Assembly: GCA_000004985.1 (NCBI GenBank)
Contig: GG738881.1
Length of the DNA stretch: 64,000 nucleotides
Reading direction: 5' to 3' (one strand)
Source of the DNA: Naegleria gruberi
Taxonomy: Eukaryota
This document shows, piece after piece, positions 11,303-23,174 of the stretch (positions within the stretch are counted from its first letter, which is position 1; every line of letters starts with the position of its first letter). A program made the position numbers and the translations under genes. Below the pieces are notes generated by a model. The model saw only the letters and a program-made list of their open reading frames with translations, did no database searches and was not told the origin of the DNA.

Positions 11303-13356
11303 ATGTGGGCAAACTCTGTTCTCAAATGGGCAGAACAAACATTGGAAACTGTGGATAGAAGCACAGCAGGAGCATCTAAAAAACTGACAACATTGGGGAA
11401 ATTGGATGATGATTCGGAAAGTAGAATTGATTCTTCGGTTCATGAAGATGAATCAAAGAATGTTGATCACTATAAATCATCGGAAGAAGGTACTGCATTT
11501 GTTACAGCAAATCATACTGCATTAACATCAACAACAAATAGTGTTGCTGTTGAAAATGTTAATTTTGATAAGATCAGAGAAGAGGCGGAGGAGGAATTGA
11601 TGAATGAATTCTTCAAGAAGAGTGAATCGGAAAGATTGGAAGAAGCCTTGCAGTTTGTAAAGGATTGTGCAAATTCATCAATTATTGGAGAAACTACTGT
11701 CCAAGTGGAAGGAGATGAAACTTTGAAGCAAAATCAAGAAATTTCCAATGAGAAATCAATTGTTACTCTCTATGATCAAGTGAAGAAAGTTGAATACTTT
11801 AACAAGAATTTAAAAGAACATTTCGACAAGTTAACTTCTCAATCAAAACATTCACAACGTTATAATGCCGAATCACAGAATGTAAGTACCTCTGGAAATA
11901 GCATGAATATTTAAATATTTGAAGAGATTGGAAGAACAAGTTTCAAGACTTTTGGAAGAGAAAGTTAAAACAGACACAGAGTTAACAAATACACTCAATG
12001 AACGTGATAAACAAGCCCAAAAGTATCAATCGAGGGTTGATGCACTAGTAGAGCAAATGAAATTGAAAGATTTATTGATTTCAGAAATGCAAGGAGAAAA
12101 AGACATGTACGTTTTATTATTATTATTGATTATAAATTAATTTTAATAATAGGATGGCAAATGAGCAATTAAGATATGAAAAATCAACTGCTGAAGAAAT
12201 TACCAAACTGAAACAACAAATTGAAGACCTCCAAAATCAACAAAAGGAAAATAAGAAAGAGGAAAAACAAATCCACAAAAAGATGGAAGAATTGGAACAT
12301 AAACACCAAGAAGCTGTTAAAAAGCTTAAAGAAGAATACTCTGAATTGGAATCTACTCTCAATGAGAAATTGGATGAAATATCTAGATTGGAATCCAATA
12401 TCAAGTTGAAAGAACAAGAATGGCAAGCTAAAAATCAAGAATATTTGGAATACAAGAACAGAGCCGCCAAACTCTTATCTGTGAGAGACAAACAAATCGA
12501 AGAATTAAAAAAGTCTGGAACCGAATCAGGTGATAAAAAGGAAGAAACTGCTACAGATGACGACACTGATTTAATGAATGCCTTGGATAAAGAGGACATG
12601 CTCTTGGATTTGGAAAACTTGAAAGCTGATAATCAAGAACTTCAATCACAAATTGAGCTGATGAAAAAGCAACACGAAGCTGAAATGAATACACTCAGAT
12701 TCAAATTGAAAAATATGGAAAAGAATCTTGAAAAAGAGAAACAGTTGAGCGCTAAATACCAAGAAAATATAACCTCATTGAAACTTAATTTTGATGAAAT
12801 GAAGCATCAATATGAAAATGAAAAGAAGCTCATTAAAGATCAATTGAAGGAGAAGAAGGAAGAAATTAATCAACTTCAAAAGCAACTCAATCAAGCCAAA
12901 TATAATAATTCATCCAATCAAAATGAGCTTGAACTGAGAAATAGAGCCATGGCTGAAAGACTCATTGAGAAACAGTCCCAACTCGAAACTGTAAACAGTG
13001 AAAAAGCAGCCATCCAACTTGATTTGGAAAAATGTCAATTGAAGATTAAGGAACTTCAACTGATAGCTCAGGTTACACCAATTTCTAGAAATTATGCCGA
13101 TGAAGAATCACCATTTGATAATGAAGCACCATCGGTTTCTGTAAAATCAGATAGATTCTTTAGAGATTTATCAAAGAGAGGTTTTGTTGCCAGGCGAGTG
13201 GCTCATGTTATGGCCTTTATTGATTCATTTTCAATTTCAACTGGAAGTATTTTGAGAAGATTACCACTTTTGAGAATTTTACTTGTTATTTATATTATAA
13301 CTCTTCACATATGGGTCTTTTACATTTTATCCCATTTGGCTCATCTCTCTCAGTAA
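11303..13356 (+). CDS. GOLGA5: Golgin-84 (GOLGA5) homologue, tail-anchored coiled-coil golgin; join(11303..11881,11925..12106,12153..13356)
   Basis: Long coiled coil. The C-terminal segment …FIDSFSISTGSILRRLPLLRILLVIYIITLHIWVFYIL… matches the conserved golgin-84 TM/tail region. Two 43- and 46-nt introns (GTAAGT..AG, GTACGT..AG) restore one frame across three ORF-track fragments. Confidence 0.7.
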
Positions 13357-13438
13357 TAACTTAATCTTTGTAAATAAAAACCTTGAACACTACATGATCA
13401 AATAATTATTGAAAAAATCATGTGGAAATAACTAAAAA

Positions 13439-14905
13439 ATGGAAAAAGAACACAACACGGAAGAAACAAGCAATAAAAATTCATCTTGTTTGTCGTCATC
13501 ATTGGAAAGAGTGAAAGCATTCACAGAGCAACATCATCTCATTCCAAAAGAACCCTCACAGAATGATGATTCGGAATCACAACAATCGATAGTAGCATCA
13601 GAATCAAAAAATTTGAAATTTAAAATTGATGATGATGAATTCACTACAAAAAGTCATCGTATCATGTGCATTGATACCTTTCCCAAAATTCCATATTCTG
13701 ATGAAAATAAGAGAAATAGAAATGCACTTCATTGGGGACAACGTAAATTACTTTTATCAGAAATTGAATTTCTTACCGAATATTCACATGATGGAGATGT
13801 CGTGATTTATGCTGGAGCTGCTCCAGGTAGTCATTTAGTTTATTTAGCAGAGGTTTTATTTCCCAATCTCAAATTTATGCTTGTGGATCCAAATAAGTTT
13901 AATAAGGATTTGTATCATGTTAGAAATGTAACAATTATGGAAAGTTATTTCACAGACGAAATTGCAATGGAAATTAAAAAGATTAGGAATATTGAAAGTG
14001 GAAATAATTTACTATTTATTAGTGATATTAGAACTGCTGATCCACTAGTTATGGATCCAGAACAAAATGAAAAATGTATTACGGAAGATTTAACATTACA
14101 AAAAGGATGGTTGGAAATTTTACTCCCTCGATTCAGTATGTTAAAATTCAGACTCCCATTTACAGAAGGTAAAATTAAATACTTTAGAGGTGATATTTAT
14201 TTACCAGTTTGGGGTAGAAAATGGACAACTGAATGCAGACTTGTCATTAAGGAGGAGGATATCAAAGATTCCAATCAAATTGAATATGATAATCTTTCTT
14301 ACTCTGATCAATTATTCTATTTTAATAATATTACAAGATTTGAAAATATTTATCCACATGACATTTGCTCAGATGGGGTGGACAATTGGTAAGTGATCTT
14401 GTTGTTGTATAATTTTTTACTGAACTTGCAACTACGGTAAAGCTATGACTGTAGATCAGAGATTTTAATTTTACAAAACTTTATCAAGAAATTTCCAGAA
14501 AGAAAGAAAGACATCACCTGTAGTGAAGATTATGAAACCATTAATGAGAATGAAATAATTTCACAATGGATGTCTGACATTTCTCATCAAATCTCCACTA
14601 AAAAGAGAACGTTGATTCACATGCCAGACACATCCATATTTAACTTTGGGCCTACAATTCACCTTCACCCTCAACAACAAAATTGCAAAGAGTGGCTTGA
14701 TATGAGAAATATGGTTTTGCAGAGGACAAAACAGTTTTCCCAAAAGGTTCATTCAAAATCATATCATGCATCTAGTTCACAATCTTTTACACCAACAGAG
14801 ATGGAATCAACTACAGTTTCTGAAAGTACACAATTGGATGATGATAATTATGAACAAACAAAGAAGAGGAGACGTAGAAAGAAGAAAAAATCACATGTAC
14901 AATAA
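13439..14905 (+). CDS. Poxvirus VP39-like mRNA cap-specific (nucleoside-2'-O-)-methyltransferase homologue; probable join(13439..14388,14524..14905)
   Basis: HWGQRKLLLSEIEFLTEY…VVIYAGAAPGSHLVYLAEVLFPNLKFMLVDPN…LLFISDIRTADP…SMLKFRLPFTEG…TECRLV is colinear with vaccinia VP39 (YQGQLKLLLGELFFLSKL…TVVYIGSAPGTHIRYL…ILISDVRS…SLKWRCPFP…AEMRLL). It includes the K-D-K-E catalytic tetrad positions. A second exon after a 135-nt GTAAGT..TAG intron is in frame and ends in a basic tail. That exon is less certain. Confidence 0.6.
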
Positions 14906-16268
14906 TTTGAAACCTTTACAAATTTCCAATACCATCCCTAATTGATGATTGCTGAGTATGTAAATGAAAATAGTTTCTTATCAGAATATCGTGTCTATTA
15001 CAAGAGAACAATTTAGGTTTTTCATCAAATGATTTTTGAGCTCTAAACCCAGAAATGAAACTTTGAGAAACGAACTCTATTAATGAATACTATACATCCT
15101 ATCTCATTTAATTTGAGACTTTGTCATTAACCCCAAGTAGTAATATTAATTTTATACAATGGCTGTTTGATGTTTCGTTTCTAATATTATTTCAAAAATC
15201 TAATAATAAGTTTGATCACTAGAAGCGGATCTTCAAATAACATAATTGGTAAACAGTGTTGACAAATGAAATAACGGTTAACATGGTAAATATCTGTGTG
15301 ATATTGAGTAATTTTCTTGCAAAGATCGTAAAATGGATATTTCGAGATCAAAAGTGGTATTCCTAGATTCAGTGATTGGCGCCAAAATCATAACTGATAT
15401 CTTTCCAACATACAAAACACTGATGCATTTGTCAACGTTAAAAATCTCTCAGAATAACTGTTGAAACATTCTGAGAAATTTCTACCCAAAATTGGTTTAC
15501 CTAATAACTGAATTAACTGAATGTTTGTTAAAAAGACACTGCTCAAAGTTGATGTTAAAATCTCTATGAATGTCTATTGATTATGTGAAATTCACAATAG
15601 TCAATTGATTTTGCAAAAGAGGTGATTGTATTTTTCAAAACTGAGTATTACAACGTGTAGTGCACCAAAGATTCCCTCTGAAAGCAGCAATACTTCTGAC
15701 AATCTCCCTCAAAATTATCCACTTTGATTGCATATTCAAATTCCATTGAATGGACAACCTGAGTAGTATGTAATTCCACTTCTTTTGGTTTGAGTTACAA
15801 ATGCTTACTAATATTCTGAAAATAGTGTTAAACTGCTGCAAGGTCAATACGTTGATTGCCAGTGAGAGTATATGGAAAGAGGCTATCTCAATAAATACAA
15901 CTCTTGATGAGCATTGATAAGGTTCTGTAAATCTAAATAATTCAAAGTATCTCTTGGAATCTTGTGTGAAGAGTCTGATTGCAATATGTGTTGAAAGATG
16001 CAATTAGAAATTGCTTGAAGTAATTAGTTGTTTATGATCCTCATATTTAACCATGAAACATACGAAACTGAGAGAAACTCAACTATTTTCATGCAAACAC
16101 ATATTTTGGAAAGTTATAACAATAATACTTGGATGCTTTTATCAATTTATGTTGTAATCTATCCATTGTCTCAGAATACATCAAGTTGAATTTGATAGAA
16201 TTTACGATTTCAACTCCAAGGAGTATACTGCTACAACAACAATAACCATTCAACCATCATCATAAACA

Positions 16269-17219
16269 ATGGGCCAACAAAACAAGCGTTCCAGTCTCAC
16301 ATTGGCTGTCGATACTTTTGATGCTATCATGCCAATCGATACCTCAACAAGACATGTAAATAGAAAATCAAACTCTACTCCAACACCTGTAAATACCATG
16401 GTAGAGAGAAGAAGATCCAAATCAAGTGTGCCTGCTCTTGAAGAACTCAAGAATCTCAAAGAAGAATCAGTCAAAGGCTATATGAAAGGAAGAAGACCAA
16501 GAAAAGAACCAGTTATGACACAACTCCAAGAAGGAGAAGCTGACCAAACCAATGATGATTCACCACAAAGTCCAAAGAAGAATAAGATTGTCTTTACCAA
16601 GATTTTCAAAAAGTCAACTAAATCCTCTTCACCAACAACAAAATCATCACCAGTTGAAGAAACAATAGTCGTTCCAACAGTATTTGTTCCACCAACAACA
16701 ACAGCCTCTGGAAAGAGAGTTAAAATTACTGGTGCCTATGTACATACTCAAAACAATAGAACACTCGCTCAATCATCACCAACAAGCTCACAAATCCAAA
16801 CAACAGATCGTCTCAGAAGTAAATCTTCACCTGTAATGTATTCAAATGAGACAAGTATGGTTGTTGGTGGATATATTCATAAGAGAGCTCAAACTGATCC
16901 AATCCCAGATATGCTTCTCACCTTGACTCCTCCAGCTGAAGAACCAACACTTACAAAGAACAAATATTCCAGTCCATTCTTACCATCAATTGAATTGCCT
17001 GCCTCATCTTCTTCCAAATCATTGGATGAAGAACCATTTTTCATTGTTATTGATGAACACACAACCTATATGGAGATGCCTCTTACAAAGAAGAACGGTA
17101 TCATTATTAAGAAGAAGAAGGAAAAGCTTAAGGAAATGGTACAAGTATACTATTTACAAAAAGACGAATTGGTCAATAGAACCAGAAGAGAAATGGCCAA
17201 GAGCAAGAGAAGAAGATAA
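16269..17219 (+). CDS. Hypothetical Ser/Thr/Pro/Lys-rich low-complexity protein
   Basis: 316-aa ORF. Basic and S/T/P-rich. No domain recognised. Confidence 0.4.
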   Translation: MGQQNKRSSLTLAVDTFDAIMPIDTSTRHVNRKSNSTPTPVNTMVERRRSKSSVPALEELKNLKEESVKGYMKGRRPRKEPVMTQLQEGEADQTNDDSPQSPKKNKIVFTKIFKKSTKSSSPTTKSSPVEETIVVPTVFVPPTTTASGKRVKITGAYVHTQNNRTLAQSSPTSSQIQTTDRLRSKSSPVMYSNETSMVVGGYIHKRAQTDPIPDMLLTLTPPAEEPTLTKNKYSSPFLPSIELPASSSSKSLDEEPFFIVIDEHTTYMEMPLTKKNGIIIKKKKEKLKEMVQVYYLQKDELVNRTRREMAKSKRRR

Positions 17220-17434
17220 ACAATTCTCATCACCATAAGATTCACCAATTGAATCTCAAACTATAGTATACTTCGAGTCCTTCCCTAACCTTCCTAACTG
17301 TTAATAATCCGAGTCCCAATTTTGTATAGTCTTTCTGCGAGCAATAAACCCTTCTATAATTTATTGTAAATTCAATAATTCATTCTCTTGTCTTAATGAA
17401 GTGAATTTCCTAATGTTTTCTTCTTTCAAAAAAA

Positions 17435-19177
17435 ATGACAAGCAAACACCTGGCTAAATTCTTTGCCAATAAATATCAAGTTAGTGATCAACAAGAAAAA
17501 TCAACAAGAACTAGAAATCATCTCGGACCTGAATCAGGGTTGATATTTCAACCAGAGTTTAATGATGTAATCTATGAAATTTATCCATCATCTTTTAATT
17601 GGTTCGGATCAAAGAGACCAAATGTTTATCTATCAAAGAAGAGACAACTTGTTGAATTTAATGATGTCTTTTTATTCAATTTTATTGTTAAGAGTTTGAG
17701 GAAATATGAATTTGCTAATCATACTAATCAGTCATCTGAGGATTTACAATTTATTGAAGGAGTTAAATTATTAATTGATTCTAATCCAGTTAAACCATCA
17801 CAGAAAATTATCAAACTAATAGAATTAATATTTTATCAATGTAATAGTCAAATAGCTTTATTGAAGAGTACACTTCCGAGAATTACTGATGCCGAGTTGA
17901 AATGGCAAATATTTACAGCCAAATCAAGCTTGATTGTCACATCATGTTTGACAATTATTAATATTATTGCAAAATGGAGAATGGGTACAATCAATTCAGA
18001 AGATGAAATCAAAATTCAAGAGTTTAGATTCCTTGCTGAAAATACCATTAGAGAAATTAATACTATTTCCAATTCAGAAACTGTATCACAATCATTTAAA
18101 TTAGTTCAAAATAAGAAACAACCAGCTGTCATTCAAAAAATTGTTAGATTTTTAAAGATTATCATGATAGAAAGAGCTCATCAATATTCATCATTCAATC
18201 AAGCCCTTTTCTTCATTTCAATTTTTGGTAGTAGAATATTCCCAGCATTGTTTAAAAAGCTCTCTGAGAAATTTATTGAAAAACCAGCAACCAATATCAA
18301 TTCAACAGGTAAGAAAAAGCCATTGAAGAAAACTCCAATCACTATGAAAGATGCTCAATTTATTGGATTTGTTGTAGGAACAATGTTTGGAGCTGGAGGA
18401 TGTGCCTCTGTTGTTACCACCTGTTTAGATTACTTGAGAGACAAATCTTTGGGAAGAAGATTAGAAGATACACCACTCAGCTCAATATTTGTTTCTAAAA
18501 GTATTTGGATGACATTTGGTGCATTGATTGGTATTGCAATCAATATTGCAGCTAGACAGTCTATTCACATGGCTGTTGGTAAAATTATTCAATCATATTT
18601 GAATAATCCTCAATTTATTAGAAAGATTGCTGGTAAGCAAAATGAATTGATGGCTAAAATAATGGCAAGAACCTTCTCTAACATGCTCTCTAAGGAGACT
18701 TCCAAAATGTTGTTACCATCCTTTGATAAGAAACCAATTACAACACAAAAGAAGGATTCAGACAAATCGTCAGGATTTGCAACCATGACCAACGACCCTT
18801 TCATCAAATCTCTTTTAAAGGATCAATTATCATTTGTCAATAAGAAGAACAAAATTGCTGGATATTTAGTTGATAATATTCTATTGGGAGAAAGCAATAT
18901 TTTAGAAAAACCTCAACAAGTTTTCAGAAAATTTTCCAATTTGAAATCCAAATATTACAATGCTCTGAATAGAATTATTCCAGCAGAAAATAGCGTATGG
19001 CACTATTGGAGTACAATGACTGCTCTCTTCCTCTCGAATAGATTCTCCAAACAAGTGGCTGACCAATCTTTTGAACAACAAGAGTCTCAACTCTATGAGC
19101 TTAATGCTGAGTTAAGGGAAATTCTCAGTGCTTTCACGCAAAGATTTTCAAACATGGAGAGAACATCAAAGTTGTAA
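17435..19177 (+). CDS. Hypothetical protein (580 aa) with predicted hydrophobic segments
   Basis: Long uninterrupted ORF with consistent codon usage. Includes a GTMFGAGGCASVVTTCL hydrophobic segment. No family recognised. Confidence 0.5.
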   Translation: MTSKHLAKFFANKYQVSDQQEKSTRTRNHLGPESGLIFQPEFNDVIYEIYPSSFNWFGSKRPNVYLSKKRQLVEFNDVFLFNFIVKSLRKYEFANHTNQSSEDLQFIEGVKLLIDSNPVKPSQKIIKLIELIFYQCNSQIALLKSTLPRITDAELKWQIFTAKSSLIVTSCLTIINIIAKWRMGTINSEDEIKIQEFRFLAENTIREINTISNSETVSQSFKLVQNKKQPAVIQKIVRFLKIIMIERAHQYSSFNQALFFISIFGSRIFPALFKKLSEKFIEKPATNINSTGKKKPLKKTPITMKDAQFIGFVVGTMFGAGGCASVVTTCLDYLRDKSLGRRLEDTPLSSIFVSKSIWMTFGALIGIAINIAARQSIHMAVGKIIQSYLNNPQFIRKIAGKQNELMAKIMARTFSNMLSKETSKMLLPSFDKKPITTQKKDSDKSSGFATMTNDPFIKSLLKDQLSFVNKKNKIAGYLVDNILLGESNILEKPQQVFRKFSNLKSKYYNALNRIIPAENSVWHYWSTMTALFLSNRFSKQVADQSFEQQESQLYELNAELREILSAFTQRFSNMERTSKL

Positions 19178-20046
19178 ATGCAACTCTACAGTTCGATTAT
19201 ATGAATACGGAGAAGGATGGAATCCATGATGATACAAATCAAGAAATAATCCCTGCTGAAAAGTACCTCAAGTGTGGGAATACTATGGACTACATTCTCG
19301 AAAGTCCTTACCCCTAAAAAAGAAAAGACGAAACGACATGAATAAAGGACTTGACATAAAAGATTTAGTACAAAACAGTAAGACATTGTTACAAGAATGG
19401 CAAGGTAAATACCGTTCCAAAACTAATCACAGAATCGTATTTGGTAATATGGAAAAACAAAGTGCGTTGTAAATGCAACTCCATTCATAGTGTCAGCATC
19501 AATAACATGTTTTGAAAGTTTTGTAGTTAGAGTTTTTAATCCATCAATACACATATTCCGAGCAATTGCTAAGATGAATAAGAGAATAGAGTTCAAGATG
19601 ATTTTTAAATAATATGTATACTGTTAAATTCATATTTCAATCTGCAGTGTATTATGATTGGTGAATTTCAAATTGTATCCTCTAAGGTTGTTGTGGACGA
19701 ATAGTTTTGGATCCAGAAATGGCACAGAGAATTCGAATAAATCAAAAACAATATAAGTTATTCAATTATAACACAAATCATTCAAATGTTGCACAGAGTC
19801 CTTAAATGCCGAAAAGTGTGGTCTCTCAGGTCGTTATTGATACAAGAGACATTAATAAACTTACACCTTTTATTTCACTATTCTACCAAATCCCGTTCCA
19901 AGTTTTAATACTAGTTGACCCTGTAGTAGAAACTCTTGCAAGGCCACATTTTAGGTAATTCAAATGCCAAGCACCTAAACTCAATATGTCTCCTATCAAC
20001 CGTTTGTGATGAACTTCTTGCCAATAGATAGCAAATAGATAAAAAA

Positions 20047-21734
20047 ATGGTCTTTCAACTATTTGCAACTACTGCAGATAATTTCAATGCAACCAACAAC
20101 CAAACAAGCGCAATATGTGATGCCTCTTTTTTCAATTCAACATGGTCAAGAGAATTTCCTGGACGAGTTGACTATTCACTATGTCCAGATACTTGGGTTG
20201 GTAAGTGATTTCTACAATGATTTATGAACCGATGGTGCATGCGTAAATGGACAATGTTTAGCATTTGGTATGTTTTAATAGTGCTGACATATTTGAATTT
20301 ACATTAATAGCTCTGTGTTTGACATTTCTTCTCATTTACTTGTCAACAATCTTCTCAAGTGGTTTGGGAGTAATTTGGAAGAGAAATAGTGGTCACATTC
20401 AAGCAAGAAGTCCAATCTACTTGTTTTTCACTCTATTTTCTGCCTTTATATTCATCTTTGGAATGACCATGAGATTTATTGTGGGGAGAAAGATATTTCC
20501 ATGTGGATTGGTTACAATTTTCTTCTTTACATTTCCTCAAGCTGTGACATTGCCAACGATTTTTAGATTGATGAGAACTTTTCTCATGCACAAGATTAAT
20601 TTACAAAAAACCAAATTATTTGATGTTGATGTAAATAAGGGACAAGTCAGAGTTGATCAATCTCAATCAGCTCTATCTGAAACTATGAGTAAAACAGAGT
20701 TAAAGTTGGTTGACTCAGATATTAGCAGTGAAATGTCATTGACAAATGTGGAATTGAATGAAGGAAATGAAGATGGAGACGTTTCAAACTCTAAAATCGA
20801 ATTTAAAAACTTGTCAGATGTAAAGAAGGAAATGAGAAAATTGAATATTTACAACTTTTTAATTAGTTACAAATTCATCACTGTTGTGTACATTCTTGCA
20901 TTTGTATTTGGAATTTTACTTTGGGTACTGATTGGAGTGGTGGAAGAGGTTGTTTATCAAAAAGATCCAACTAAGGGGAGAATATTCCTATTAGAAGGAG
21001 GTATTCTATTGTTTGAGCATGGCTGTGGATTGTCAACCAATACTACTATCATTATTGGAGTTGAATCAATTGCCTATATTATTTTAGAGCTGGTCTTTTT
21101 CATCTTGTGTCTGATGGCTGATAGAGATTCATGGGGAATTAAGAAGGAGAGTCTTGCTCTAATATTCTTTCAAATTGTTGCTGCAGTTCTCTTCATTGTA
21201 TGTGGATCCATTAATGTGATTAAGAATCTTGTGGATTACTATGTACCTTATGGATTTCTCATTTGGGGATACATGCTTTTAGAGGTGATTGTTTGTGTTT
21301 CATTACCTGTTCTATACTCTATAGGAAAAGAGAAGAAACATCAAGAATCGGGTGATACTGGGTTTGAAAGATTATTGAAAAACAAAAAGACATTTGATAT
21401 TGTTCTTGATTTTGCTAGAAGAAGCTACTGTACTGAAAGTGTTCTATGTTGGAGAGATATTGAACGATACAAAAAGAGTGGAAAGGGAAATAGAAAGAAG
21501 ATTGCTCTCCATATAGTCGAGGCCTATTTATCACTGGAAGCTCCTTTAGAATTGAACATGCCAAAAATTCAAGAAAGAAAACAAGAATTATCTGCGATTA
21601 TTGAGAATGGAAGTTTAGAGTTGGACCTTTTTAATGGAATTCAAGAACATTGCCTGCATGATATGATAGATTTAATGGATAGATTATCAAGTGCCAATAA
21701 GGAAATTTCTGAAATATTGAGGAATAGCAAATAG
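20047..21734 (+). CDS. Seven-transmembrane protein with a C-terminal RGS domain (7TM-RGS); exon 1 20047..about 20200, main exon about 20282..21734
   Basis: Exon 1 encodes an N-glycosylation-rich ectodomain (NFNATNNQTS…NSTW) ending at a GTAAGT donor. The main ORF has 7 predicted TM helices, then an RGS box (FDIVLDFARRSYCTESVLCWRDIERYKK…SLEAP…) at roughly 21370..21700. The exact splice junction could not be brought into frame by hand (candidate acceptors at 20261 and 20281). Confidence 0.55.
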
Positions 21735-21954
21735 TCATGGTAAAATCAAGTGCATTACTTATTATGACTTTTAATATTATGTTGCAAGAAGAGCTTCAAC
21801 ACCTTTCATTATGAACATTTGGAATGTAATAAACCACAGCTTACTAGCAAATTAAAAAGATTAGATTTACAATATTATTATATTGGAAAGTGAGATTAAT
21901 TGTTTTGGCGTCGTTCGTCGTTGTCTTTATCACTTATGATGAAATCCAATGTAA

Positions 21955-22026
21955 GGCGGCTTAGCACAGTGGTAGTGCATCAGTCTTGTAAACTGAGGGT
22001 CGAGGGTTCAATTCCCTCAGTCGCCT
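21955..22026 (+). tRNA. tRNA-Thr (anticodon UGU)
   Basis: 72-nt cloverleaf: acceptor GGCGGCT/AGTCGCC (one G-U), D-arm GCAC-AGTGGTA-GTGC, anticodon stem TCAGT/ACTGA with loop CTTGTAA, T-arm GAGGG-TTCAATT-CCCTC. Followed by TTTT. Confidence 0.8.
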
Positions 22027-22229
22027 TTTGTTGAATTGTTTTTTTCTATTTTCCATAAAAGAACGAATAATTGGAATAATCTTTAACAGTTAATGAAACA
22101 AACCTTGAGTGATATTTAAATAATTTTAAAATATTAGCTTATTGTAATTATTTTAATATTAAAATAAAGTAATTTTTAATAATTTAATATTTTTTTTATT
22201 ACAAGCAAGGTCTTGATGATGTGATGGAA

Positions 22230-23174
22230 TTACATACCAATGTATTCTTCTTCTTCATCGCCATCAACTTCCTTGTTTTGTTCTCTCAAATTTTCCAAGA
22301 GGACAGTCAAAGAATGGTCATCCTTTTCGTTAACAACTCTTGGAGGAGCTTTAACTGTAACTTCACCGTCATACTTCTTGATAATTTCGGTAATCTTATC
22401 AATAGAAGCTTGTAATGTATCCAAACCCTTTTGTTTATCACTTGTTGTTGTTGCCATAACATAGAGAGGAGGAGCAACAAGGGTAATCTTGATGTCGATT
22501 TCTTCTTCGGTACCAATCTTTTCACCTTCAGATAAAGCTTCTTTCACAGCTTCAATTCCTTCATATGAATAACAAGTTACTTGAATATCGGCTCTCAATT
22601 TAACTGGTTGAGGCTTCAAACGATTTTGTATGATTGAAAGTAATTGTTCTTTGGTATTATTATCAGGGAATTCAATATCTTGGAAAACTTGGTCTGGATT
22701 TGTTAAAGTCATCTTGAAAGCATCAAAAGCATGTCCAAACTTTCTATATAATGGCCATGAAATTAATTTGTTCAATTCTTCCAAGTCTTGGTCAGTTGTT
22801 TCAGCCAAGTGTCTCATGATAGAACTAACAGCCTTGCTCTTGTTATATTTCTCTTCACATTTTGGAATATCTTCAGCAGCAACTTTACTCTTACTCAAGT
22901 CAATATATCCCTTTTCAGGATCAACACGCAAAACAACACAAACTTCATTTCTTCCTAAACGGATTAATTGAGAAATAGAACGAATTCTTTTTCTACTCAA
23001 TTCACTGCTCAAGATAAGACCTTCAATGTTGTTATATTCCAATAAAGAAACATAGGCACCGATATCGGTGATATGCTTGACTTTGACCATCACAAGGTCG
23101 TCGACTTCTGGATGTTGTTGTTCGTAATATCTGCAGCTTTGTTTCTTGGCTTCGCTCATTTTTTTAATTTTCAA
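22230..23174 (-). CDS. EIF2S1: Translation initiation factor eIF2 alpha subunit
   Basis: …SCRYYEQQHPEVDDLVMVKVKHITDIGAYVSLLEYNNIEGLILSSELSRKRIRSI… nearly identical in pattern to human eIF2-alpha, including the Ser51 phosphorylation-site context (LSELSRRRIRS). True start may be the MSEAKK Met at about 23159. Confidence 0.9.
   Translation of the reverse strand: MKIKKMSEAKKQSCRYYEQQHPEVDDLVMVKVKHITDIGAYVSLLEYNNIEGLILSSELSRKRIRSISQLIRLGRNEVCVVLRVDPEKGYIDLSKSKVAAEDIPKCEEKYNKSKAVSSIMRHLAETTDQDLEELNKLISWPLYRKFGHAFDAFKMTLTNPDQVFQDIEFPDNNTKEQLLSIIQNRLKPQPVKLRADIQVTCYSYEGIEAVKEALSEGEKIGTEEEIDIKITLVAPPLYVMATTTSDKQKGLDTLQASIDKITEIIKKYDGEVTVKAPPRVVNEKDDHSLTVLLENLREQNKEVDGDEEEEYIGM

Noticed and set aside
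15635-16003. 122-aa minus-strand ORF in the 1.3-kb intergenic region 14906..16268
   Set aside because: Atypical codon usage and no recognisable motifs. The region looks like promoter/UTR sequence between convergent/divergent genes.
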